This document shows, one piece after another, positions 43,136 through 52,168 of a stretch of 64,000 bases of DNA (the first letter of the stretch is position 1; each line of letters starts with the position of its first letter). Origin of the DNA: Alphaproteobacteria bacterium. GTDB taxonomy: Bacteria > Pseudomonadota > Alphaproteobacteria > SP197. Under the pieces are notes generated by a model. It had not been told where the DNA came from. It made no database searches and saw only the letters and a list, made by a program, of their open reading frames with translations. The position numbers were made by a program, and so were the translations under genes. The DNA is taken from contig OZ219747.1 in assembly GCA_964291265.2 (NCBI GenBank), forward strand, positions 2,720,001-2,784,000, in the 5' to 3' direction.

Positions 43136-43561
43136 ATGGCGAGGCTTCGCTGGCTGGCGTTCGGTTGCGTGGCCGTGCTGACGTCGGCCTGCGCCTTCGA
43201 AGCGGGATCGGAGCCGACACCTGCCGCATCGGAGTTGGGCCCTCCCGTGGCGCTGAAAGGCGCCGTCTACACCCCCGCCAGCATCGGCTCGCGGGGGTGT
43301 GTTCTCTACCGGGTGAGCATTCCGGGCGGCCGAGCACCCGCCGCCCTCATGTACCGAAGCATGGACGGAGAGTTCGCCTTTGGCCGTCCGGAATGCTGTG
43401 TCGCCGCCACCTTCGCGCAACATGACAGCGGTAAGGCCGGATTCTCGGTCGCGCGGCGGTTCGTGGTCAGCTCGCGTCCAATCCGGCAAGCGGAATCCGC
43501 CGCAACCCGCAACGCGGGTTCCTGTCCCGGGACGAGGCCCGTCACCTCCATGCCGAACTGA
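43136..43561 (+). CDS. Small putative lipoprotein
   Basis: MARLRWLAFGCVAVLTSAC signal peptide and lipobox; starts 4 bp after the protease stop. Confidence 0.65.
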   Translation: MARLRWLAFGCVAVLTSACAFEAGSEPTPAASELGPPVALKGAVYTPASIGSRGCVLYRVSIPGGRAPAALMYRSMDGEFAFGRPECCVAATFAQHDSGKAGFSVARRFVVSSRPIRQAESAATRNAGSCPGTRPVTSMPN

Positions 43562-43603
43562 ACCGGATGATCACATCGCCGAACGCCCGAAGCGATCAGC
43601 CCG

Positions 43604-43860
43604 GGCCGGCATCATGCGCCTGCTCTTGCCATACGGGATGTCGTTGCAGGGAGATTCGCACTCTCAGGTGGTCGCGCCGACACGCTCGACAGCAAGGCCC
43701 ACCAGATCATCGCACGTTGAGCCCGGGACGGACAGCGATCATGTCTTTCCGTCGCACTCCGATCCGACCCTTACCCATATCCAGCGTCCAGCAGCTGTGG
43801 TTCACCCTCCGCGAACGGGTCGGTGTCGAGGATGTACGCTTGCATGACCCAGGTCCTCCT
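43604..43860 (+). pseudogene. Tyrosine recombinase/integrase remnant
   Basis: IMRLLL / TGCRCREIRTLRW, HVFPS and LWFTLRERVGVEDVRLHD spread over different frames. Confidence 0.7.
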
Positions 43861-44298
43861 CAACGGTGTATCGCTTGTTGACAGTGGCGAGACTCCGACG
43901 TTTCGATGACCCTGCGCCATGCCTGTTGTTGCCGAGAGGGATGTGTCGAAGCGGCGTCGGAACGGGTCGGGATCATGATATCGGGCGCGGTATCCTCAAG
44001 ACCTCACTCAGGGCCGGTCCAACCCGGTTTCGTTCGATCACCGGTGCGCAGCCCGGCCCTCACCGACTGGAAGGTGCATTCCCATTCCCGACCTCGGCGC
44101 CGGGCACAGGAGGACCGCGCTTAACCCTGCCGAGCGCGTGATCAGGCAGGGCGATCGGGTGAGGACATTCTCATTCTGCCATCAGGCTGATCGCTAAGCC
44201 GGGCAGATGCGCGCTTCGCTCTCCTGCCAGCGCAGTGCGCCGCACAGCATGAGGCTGTCTTCGGGAACCGGACCCGGCCGGTGTGCGCCCTCGAGGCC

Positions 44299-44584
44299 CT
44301 GTGCCTGCCGACCCTGCCCGTCGCTGCCCCGGCATTCGGGGAAACGGATCCGGCCGTTGGCGCAAGACGGATCTCCGCGCAGGACGCCATGACGGTGATG
44401 CCGTGGATCGCCAATTTGACCGGCCTGCCGGCAGTCTCCGTCCCCTCGGGACGCAATGCGCTGACCCTCATGGGGTAGACCCATTCGGGCAAGAGGCCAT
44501 TCGACATGGCCGGAACGTTCCAGTCCGTTACGGACTGGCATACCCTCAAGCCCGGCATGATGGCATGGTTTCCGGCGCTGCTGC
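44299..44584 (+). repeat. Degenerate second copy of the amidase 3' end (direct repeat of about 40196-40499)
   Basis: Near-identical CTGTGCCTGCCGACCCTGCCCGTCGCTGCCCCGGCATTCGGGGAAACGGATC...GACTGGCATACCCTCAAGCCCGGCATG, with a short deletion and small indels. Confidence 0.9.
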
Positions 44585-44607
44585 GCAGGATGCGGATGGC
44601 GTGAGCG

Positions 44608-45816
44608 ATGGACGAGAGACTTCTTGACGTGATGACCCGTGCGGAGCGGGAGAGGGTGATGGCGCCTGTCGACGAAGCCCTGACACTCCCGGCACAGGCC
44701 TTCACGGACGACGCCTGGCATGCGCTCGAGGTGGAGCGCATCTTTGCGCGGAACTGGACTGCCGTCATGTTCGCCGCGGAGCTTCCGGACGCCGGCGATG
44801 CCCGGCCGTTCGATCTCCTCGATCAGCCGCTGCTGGCCGTCAGGGGAAGCGGTGGGACGTTGCGCGTCTTTCACAACATCGTTCCCTATGACGGCTGTCT
44901 GGCGCTGCTGCGTCCGGCAAGCGGGCTGGATTGCATCGACACGCCCTACCATGGCCTTCGCTATGACCTCGACGGACGCCTCGTGGGCGCTCCCTACTGG
45001 GACGGCAATCCCGAGGCCGGGCCGGAGGCCCTGGACGGACGGCCATGCGATCTCGTCGAGGTTGCGAGTGCCGAGCGGTTTGGCACGCTCTTCGTCAATC
45101 CCGATGGTGCAGCAGGCGATGTCGATGGATGGTTGATGCCCTGGCGCCGCCTCGTGGGCGCCGACTTTGCCATCGACCGTCTGGTTCCCGCCCGGGACAG
45201 CGGCGGTCAACCGCTTATCGAACGGAGAATCGTCAACACCAACTGGAAGACCTACCAGGAAAACGCGTCCATCAACCTCCTTCACGAGGCCTTCACGCAC
45301 CACATCTATCGCACGTCACAAGAGGTTCCGCGGGTCGGAGCGTCACGAGAGCCCCGTTTTGAATTCACCATGGAGGGACCACTCCTCGCGTTCGCCCATT
45401 CCCGCGATCAGTCCGGCGCCACATATGACGAGGTCCACCTTCCCTCGGCCGGTCATGACATCGGCACTGTGCCGGAAAGGGGTTACTTCACGACGCTCTA
45501 TCCCAACGTCAACATTCCCCTGCTCGACACGTTCGCCAAGGTCAACATCGCCCTTCCGCGGGGACCGGGTGTCACGGAACTGAGGCACCTGCGGTTCTAT
45601 GCGCCCGAGGCGCTCGAGGATCCCGCCTTCCAGGATCAGGAACGGCAGGTGCAGCAACTGTTCGACATCATACACGCGGAAGACAGGATCATGATCGAGG
45701 CCGTACAGGCTGCCCGCAGCAGCCCTGTGTGCCGCCAGCACTATTACTCACCTTTCTGGGACAGGCTCCACCATCGTTTCAACCAGCTTGTCATGGCGGA
45801 CATGGAGCGTGCCTGA
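44608..45816 (+). CDS. Ring-hydroxylating oxygenase alpha-subunit homologue with degenerate Rieske motif
   Basis: Family layout (LPAQAF..EVERIFARNW, NWKTYQEN, LLHEAFTH, EDRIMIEAVQ), but FHNIVPYDG / IDTPYHG replace CxH / CxxH. Confidence 0.85.
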   Translation: MDERLLDVMTRAERERVMAPVDEALTLPAQAFTDDAWHALEVERIFARNWTAVMFAAELPDAGDARPFDLLDQPLLAVRGSGGTLRVFHNIVPYDGCLALLRPASGLDCIDTPYHGLRYDLDGRLVGAPYWDGNPEAGPEALDGRPCDLVEVASAERFGTLFVNPDGAAGDVDGWLMPWRRLVGADFAIDRLVPARDSGGQPLIERRIVNTNWKTYQENASINLLHEAFTHHIYRTSQEVPRVGASREPRFEFTMEGPLLAFAHSRDQSGATYDEVHLPSAGHDIGTVPERGYFTTLYPNVNIPLLDTFAKVNIALPRGPGVTELRHLRFYAPEALEDPAFQDQERQVQQLFDIIHAEDRIMIEAVQAARSSPVCRQHYYSPFWDRLHHRFNQLVMADMERA

Positions 45817-45854
45817 TGGGCACCCGGCATGGTGACTTCCATGGAGCGGAGTCT

Positions 45855-47954
45855 TCAGGAGAGTCGGCGAAGCCGGCTTCCATCGGGGTCGGCCACCAGG
45901 AGGTGCGGGCTTGCGGACCCGATCCGCACCTCACGGGCACACGGCTGTGGTGTGACGGAGCCGCCGACCAGATCGATCGAGATGACAGGGTGACCGGACC
46001 AGGGCACGGCAAGGTTTCGAGACTGGTTCTCCGGCACCGCCAGCACCAGTGGGTTGCCGGCTTCCTTCATCTCCAGGCATCGCCCGCCCGCCAGATCCCT
46101 GGCGGCGCAGGGTGAAATCCCGTCGTCGACGATGTCGAGAGCGGCATGCATGTGGCGCACCACGTGGTAGCCGGGCCGCGGGTTGCAGAGACGGTCGAGA
46201 ACGCCCGATCGGGGGAAATAACCCCGATCGATGTCGACCAGGGTGTCGGCGAACACGGTGACATCGGCAAAGGACACCGCGGCCGCCATCGCCTCGGCAA
46301 TCCGTCTGGCGGTGAGGGCGTCGTCCATGACCGGGCTTGCCGGATTTGTTCCGGCCATGCGCATGTGGACATGGGCCTTGAGGCCAAGGCCGGTGGCCAC
46401 GGCACTGGCCGCTGCCACCGTTTCCCAGACCGGCATGTCAAGGGTGAGTCGGAAGACCACGCCGGCCAGCACGCCATCGAGTTCGGGCCGCCTTGCGATC
46501 GTGGCGATCTCTTCCGTGTCGCGGACAAGGAACCCCTGGTTGATCGAGTGGTAGTACTTGCCCGCTTCGGCGCGTTGTTCGTCGATCGAGCGCAGGCGTG
46601 ACAGGACGAGGGGAACACCAGCCCGGGAGGCGGCAGAGGCGATGGCGCCGATGTCACGATCGATGACATCGGGATTGATGGCAACGTCCCAGGTTCGGAA
46701 GAGGTCGCGATGGGCCATGAGGCGCTCTGCCAGGTCGCGTGTGGGAGGGCCGAATGACATGAGCGTGAAGAGGTGTCCGTGTTCCGCCAGCACGCTCATG
46801 CGCGCCACGTTCGCCCCGTTCACGAGATCGCGCATGGGCACCCTCAGCGGTCGTACCGCCATGTCCCAGAGGGCGAGCAGCGGGTAGTCGTTGCGCACGG
46901 TCTTTCGGTCGAACTCGTCGAGACCACCGGTGGGAGGAATCTCGACGATTTCCATCCAGTTGTGGCGCATGTCGAACCCGAATCCGGTCCGTCCGTTGCA
47001 GCGCGGATGGATGGCGGCGAGGCGATGGCCCGGCCGTGTGTCCGCCGGCGGACCGGCGTCGAGGGTGTTTCCCCACGTGCGCACGATCTCGACCATGTGC
47101 CCGTCCTCGTGGACATGGCAGACCGCGTAGCCGAGCTTGGGTCGATCGTTGCGTCCGAATTCGGTTTCGGCGCCGGGCGCGGCCCTCAGCATCTCGGCGT
47201 AGTCGAAGCGCACGAAGGCGGTCGATGGCAGGATGTAGCAGTCGGTCGTGTCGAGCCGGAGATACCAGAAATTGTGAACATGTCCGGCAATCAGGGCTTC
47301 GATCCGGTGCTGCCTGGCGAGGTCGAGGAGCCATGAGCGACCGGGTTCGCCGATGTTGTCGTAGGTCTCCTCCTCGTCCGCGTCCAGGAGACAGGGTGGA
47401 TAATGGCTGAACAGGAAGACGCGGCGGCCGTGGTGGTTGCGGAGATCGGCCTCCAGCCAAGCGCGCTGGCGTTCCTCGGCTTCCAGGTGCGAGTTGATGA
47501 CCTGGGCGTTGATGATGACGAAATGGCACTCCTGATGATCAAACGACGTGAACTGGTCGCCGAAATGGCGTTGCCAAAGGGCGAGATGATTCTCGTTGAT
47601 CCGGGCAGCAGGGGCCCAGTCGTTGGGCTTGTCACCGACATCGTGGTTGCCGGGCGTGAGCCAGGCAGGATGGCGGAGGGTATCGAACACCTCGAAGAAG
47701 CGCCGGGCCGCATCGGCGTAGAGTCCCGGGATCGCCGGTACAGGATGGACGATGTCGCCGACGTGAACGACAAAGGCAAGATCGCGCGCGTTGAGGTCCC
47801 GGATGACATGGCGCATGCGCCGGTTGGCAAGGCGTCCCGATTCGAACGGCGAATTCGTCTCGTCCTCACCCTGGTTGACGTGGGTGTCGGTGATGATGCC
47901 GAAACTGAAGAGGCGCCTGCCAGGGGCAGTGGATCGATTCAGGGACCTGGTCAC
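45855..47954 (-). CDS. Calcineurin-like metallophosphoesterase with long C-terminal extension
   Basis: ITDTH, VGDIV, PGNHDVG, FSHYP and AGHVH motifs; start uncertain. Confidence 0.85.
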   Translation of the reverse strand: MTRSLNRSTAPGRRLFSFGIITDTHVNQGEDETNSPFESGRLANRRMRHVIRDLNARDLAFVVHVGDIVHPVPAIPGLYADAARRFFEVFDTLRHPAWLTPGNHDVGDKPNDWAPAARINENHLALWQRHFGDQFTSFDHQECHFVIINAQVINSHLEAEERQRAWLEADLRNHHGRRVFLFSHYPPCLLDADEEETYDNIGEPGRSWLLDLARQHRIEALIAGHVHNFWYLRLDTTDCYILPSTAFVRFDYAEMLRAAPGAETEFGRNDRPKLGYAVCHVHEDGHMVEIVRTWGNTLDAGPPADTRPGHRLAAIHPRCNGRTGFGFDMRHNWMEIVEIPPTGGLDEFDRKTVRNDYPLLALWDMAVRPLRVPMRDLVNGANVARMSVLAEHGHLFTLMSFGPPTRDLAERLMAHRDLFRTWDVAINPDVIDRDIGAIASAASRAGVPLVLSRLRSIDEQRAEAGKYYHSINQGFLVRDTEEIATIARRPELDGVLAGVVFRLTLDMPVWETVAAASAVATGLGLKAHVHMRMAGTNPASPVMDDALTARRIAEAMAAAVSFADVTVFADTLVDIDRGYFPRSGVLDRLCNPRPGYHVVRHMHAALDIVDDGISPCAARDLAGGRCLEMKEAGNPLVLAVPENQSRNLAVPWSGHPVISIDLVGGSVTPQPCAREVRIGSASPHLLVADPDGSRLRRLS

Positions 47955-49119
47955 GACAGTGCTCCAGTGACGTTGGTGGAGTGGTCCGGCAGTCTGGGTT
48001 GCTTTTTGACCGCCGGTCAATCGGCCAGAACGCGAGCACGGAACAACGGCGTCCGGAAGGGAGGATCCCATGCCAGGCTCATGCGTGAACTTGCCCTGAG
48101 GGTGGGCTGTAAGGTCCTGCGTGATCCGGACCTCGCAGAGCACACCATCGAAACGCCGCTTGCCAAGACGAAGGCGCCGTTTCTCGAGGCTGGAGAGTCC
48201 ATCCTGGTCTCGATCCTGTGTGTCGGAAACGGATTGCTGGACGGCAGGCTCCGACTGGCGCCGTCAGCCCCGTCGGATACGGCGGGCCGGTGCGGGACCC
48301 CGTCACGCTTCAGGCACGTGGATGCCGCCAGGTACACCGGCGCCACCCGGAACCTCCGGCCGAAGAAGCGCACCGAGGGCGGAGTCGTCCGGCTCCTGCA
48401 CTCAGCACAGCAGAAGCTGAAGCGGCGGATGTCGCCGCGAAGAGCAGGCGCAAGCGCGTGCGGCTTGCGCGGATACCGCGCGCTGTGAAGACGACCGCCG
48501 CAATGCGGGCATCCCTCCAGGCGGCAGCGGTTGGCCTCGGCCGCATCAATCCTCTCAAGGAGAGGCCAGACATGGGCGCCAGGACTTTCCTACGCTACGG
48601 CTGATTTTTCGGGAAGCCGATGAATCGCGCCCGAATCGGCCATCTGATCTTTCGCGAGGCCGACGAATCGAGGCCGAATCGGGATGTCCTGGACGGATTC
48701 CGTGGCTTCAGTGCCGTCCGCATGGCGACACCGGCAGCGTTTTCGGCCCGGATGCTTGGTTCTTGATGTTCTAGCAGCGTTCCGGGGTCCCCGGACGCTC
48801 AAGGCGTCTCAGGGCCGGGTCAGGGCGTTGATGGCCTCGCGACGGTCCAGTTGTAGGCGGCGAGGCTTTCGGCCTCGCGGCGGTTGGCGAAGATCACCGC
48901 GAGCGCGATGTTGTTGAGGCTGGCCCGGTTCGCCGGGCCGTTGTCGGTGCGGGTCAGGCAGGCGTCTTCGCCGAAGACGCAATCCCTTTGTCGATGGTTC
49001 AGATTTTCCACGGCCCAGTGGCGGCGGTTCAGTCGCAGCAACTCTTCCGGCGACGTGGCCCCCGTATCGAGAGAGGTGATGATGTAATCGGTTTCCGTGT
49101 AATCCTTCTCTTCTTGCTT

Positions 49120-49335
49120 CCCGGCATCGCCGGAGCCTTTCTTCCCGGCATCGCCGGGGCCTTTCTTCCCGGCATCGCCGGAGCCTTTCTTCCCGGCATC
49201 GCCGGGGCCTTCCTTCCCGGCATCGCCGGGGCCTTCCTTCCCGGCATCGCCGGGGCCTTCCTTCCCGGCATCGCCGGAGCCTTCCTTCCCGGCATCGCCG
49301 GAGCCTTCCTTCCCGGCATCGCCGGAGCCTTTCTT
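49120..49335. repeat. Tandem repeat, 9 x 24 bp, encoding K(E/K)G(S/P)GDAG
   Basis: Unit CCCGGCATCGCCGG(A/G)GCCTT(T/C)CTT, in frame inside the ISAs1 transposase. Confidence 0.95.
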
Positions 49336-49936
49336 CCACGGCTCCCGATAGCGGGTGATGCGGGCGACCTGACGGACGCCCGGATAGTTGATCAGACCGT
49401 CCAACGGGACGAGGACGCTGATCGAACGCTGCTCCAGTCGACCGTGCGCCTTGTCGAACGGCTCCGTGAAGTGGCCGGTAGCGTCTTTTTGCCAATTGAT
49501 GCTGTCGAGGATGGCGAAGGTCTCCGGAGCGTTGCCCTTGACGACGAAGACGTAATCCGCGCGTTGTGTGATCAGCTTTGCGGTATGGCGTGTCGTGTGC
49601 AGCGCGTCGAGGGTGATCACCTTGCCGCCGATGTCGCTGCGCTCCAGGAGATCGTGCATGGCCGCCAGTTCGCCGCCTTCGTCGTTGAAGTTCAGGAGGG
49701 AAAAGGGCGCGCCGGTCTCATGGTCGACAAGGGCCACGGTCTCTCAGACGGCCATCGCCGTTGCGGTTGGCGCCGCGGATGCGCTTGCCGTCGGCGGCGA
49801 GTGCACGGGCGAGGTGAAGCCGAGGCCGGGACCAGCGGGTGAGCACATCCTCCAGAGCCTCGGGGTCGATCGACTGGATAACCCGGTGGATGGTGGACTT
49901 GGAGACGGGCTCGCGAAGCCCCGTCTTCGGGTTAAG

Positions 49937-50322
49937 CCGAAGTTCCGGACGATTTTAGCAATACAACCACACCAACTAGTTGATCTTACTGATAAAATCG
50001 CACAGAGACAACATGCAAGAGTTCCCATGTAACGGTGAAACACCATGTTGACACAGGCAGCTGTTGCCCCCATGTACGTTGCCATGTACGTGGACATCGT
50101 CCCCAACCGCATGAGCCCCCCGCCACCAGTCTCTCCTCCTGGCCCATGGAGAACGTCGAAACCCTGCGGCCCTTCCAGGTCACCACGCGGCCCACGACGC
50201 TCCATAAAAAAGCCCTGAACCACCTCGGCGTGCGCCTCTAGCGTTCCCAGTAGCGACACACGCGATTCTCTCAATCGTCAATACATTCATAACGATACCT
50301 CTGAACGGTGCTGGAACTTCGG
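49937..50322 (+). mobile_element. 386-bp IS1634-derived MITE, copy 2 (inverted relative to copy 1)
   Basis: TIRs CCGAAGTTCC / GGAACTTCGG; 6-bp TSD GTTAAG (49931-49936, 50323-50328). Confidence 0.9.
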
Positions 50323-51595
50323 GTTAAGCCACGCGCCGATGGCCTCCAACTCCTCCTGGGACAGGGACCGCGCGAACTGCGCGGCGGCGACACAGCCCTT
50401 CATGTTGGCGAACTCGGCGAGCACGTGCACGGTGAGCACCGATGCCGCGGTATGCTTCCTTCCCTGCGCCCGGCGGAAGTCGGGAATGGCCGCGAGCTCG
50501 GCGTAGAGCGAGCGCAGCACCTTGGGGTCCCGGGGCGCCAGTTCGGGGCATGAGGGCGGCGCCACGTCGGGGGGAAGCGGCAGCGGGCTCGACAGCAGCG
50601 CCCGGGCATCGCGCCTCAGTGCCGTAACGTAGATATCCTTGGGCTTGCCGTGAGGATCGGTGTAACGCCCGTTGGAGCGGGCAAACCCCTTGGTCTCACC
50701 CAGACACGTCCAGCCCGCAGCCTTCAACATCGTGCCGGCAAAGATCTCCGGATCGCAGAACGTCTCCGCCAGCAGCACCCCGTGGCCGTGCACCTGCAGC
50801 CAATCGTCACAGAGCCGGCGCGTCATGCACGCAAGGAAACAGGAAGCAAGGTTCGCAAACACCCCGGGCTTGGAGAGGATCAAGAACCGCGTGTTGTTGG
50901 CTACCATCGAGAGCCGCTGGAACTGCTGCTCCGGCTTCCAGCCGGTCCACTGGTCGCGGGGAGCGCACTTGAAGGCGCCGTTCTGCCACGCCGCCAGCCC
51001 CAGCCAATGGCCCCTGAAGGTCGCAAGGTAGCGCAGACCGCGACCCGCCAGGCGACGGAAGCCGAGATAGTGGTGCTTGTTCATCAGCGCGTCCCACAGC
51101 GGACGCTCCTCCGGCCTCGCCAGGCGAACATCGACCTCAGACAGGGAAAAACCCTCAGGTGCTTCCTGATGGATCGGGACAGCTTCCATGAGCTTGCGAA
51201 TCGACATGACCGGACCGTCGCACATCCCAAGCGGGATGGCCAGCGGAAAATGTCCGCGCGCGTGCAACATACGAACGCCTGACGTCAAGTGAAATCAAGC
51301 GAATTCCAGCGTGGGAAGGCCTTGCATGGGCGCAGGAAAGTATGGGACCCGGGAAGGAAACGTGCGACACTGACTGGCCTCCGGTGATCTCACCGTCACG
51401 GAGACAAGCCCCTCGGCCGACTTCTTGCAAGTCGGTCGAGGGGCAATCACCCCAGACCAGCAGACAATTCAAGCAGAACCGACGGAATCCACGTCAAAAA
51501 TCGCGCAAACGCTTAACGTTCGGCCTGAAGCCGTTCTTCGTCAAGCAGATCAGCGTGGTCGAACAGGTTCGCCACATGACAAGGTTCATCGAGCC

Positions 51596-52032
51596 ATGCC
51601 GCACTTCACAAGCCCAATGACAATGCGGGTCCGCTTCTCAATGTTCATCTGACCGTCAGCGAGGCCTGACGGAATGCATTGCAGTCCCGAGCCGTTCAGG
51701 GCGAGAGGCCTCCTGGACACGGGCGCGAGCGTGACGTGCGTTGACCCAAGCGTGCCACGCGCATTGGGACTGACGACACCGACAGGCGAAGCGTCGCGTC
51801 AATTCTCACCGCCTCAACACAAGACGGACCCGTCCCCGCCAACGAATACGATTGCGGTTTGATCATTTTCGCGACGTTCAAAGAGAACCCGTACTTTATC
51901 CGCAATCTGGCCGTTACAGAGGCGCCACTGTTCGAACGACAGGGGGTTCATGCCCTCATAGGTCGGGACGTATTGGCGAATTGCGTACTGATTTACAACG
52001 GGACTACCAAGCACTACATCTTGGCCTTCTGA
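51596..52032 (+). pseudogene. Single-domain retropepsin-like aspartyl protease, frameshifted
   Basis: MPHFT.. GPLLNV, GLLDTGASVTCVD and ALIGRDVLANCVLIYNG..LAF* in different frames. Confidence 0.78.
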
Positions 52033-52168
52033 TCCCGGTTGATCACGCTTCGGCACTTTCCTGGTTAATCCCCTTGCGTTGTCGGATCACCTCGCACTCA
52101 TCGATGCCGCCCGACGCAGCACAAGACACCTGGCGCTTTGGCGAGGGAAGGTGCTCCCTCCAGCACGA

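Larger units (their letters stand above)
48809..51207 (-). pseudogene. DUF4338-ISAs1 fusion transposase, disrupted by a MITE and frameshifts
   Basis: HHYLG, VANNTRFLIL and LAETFCDP (DUF4338); IPDFRRAQGRKH, LAADGKRIRG, ITLDALHT, VKGNAP, HGRLEQR and RRHWAVENLNH (ISAs1); frame continues WLN|PKTG once the MITE is removed. Confidence 0.88.

Noticed and set aside
40196-44584. Amidase repeat pair as a DGR
   Set aside because: Differences include indels and non-adenine changes, which fits decay of a duplication
49120-49335. Possible CRISPR array
   Set aside because: The 24-bp units are contiguous with no spacers, are in frame in a transposase, and no cas genes are present
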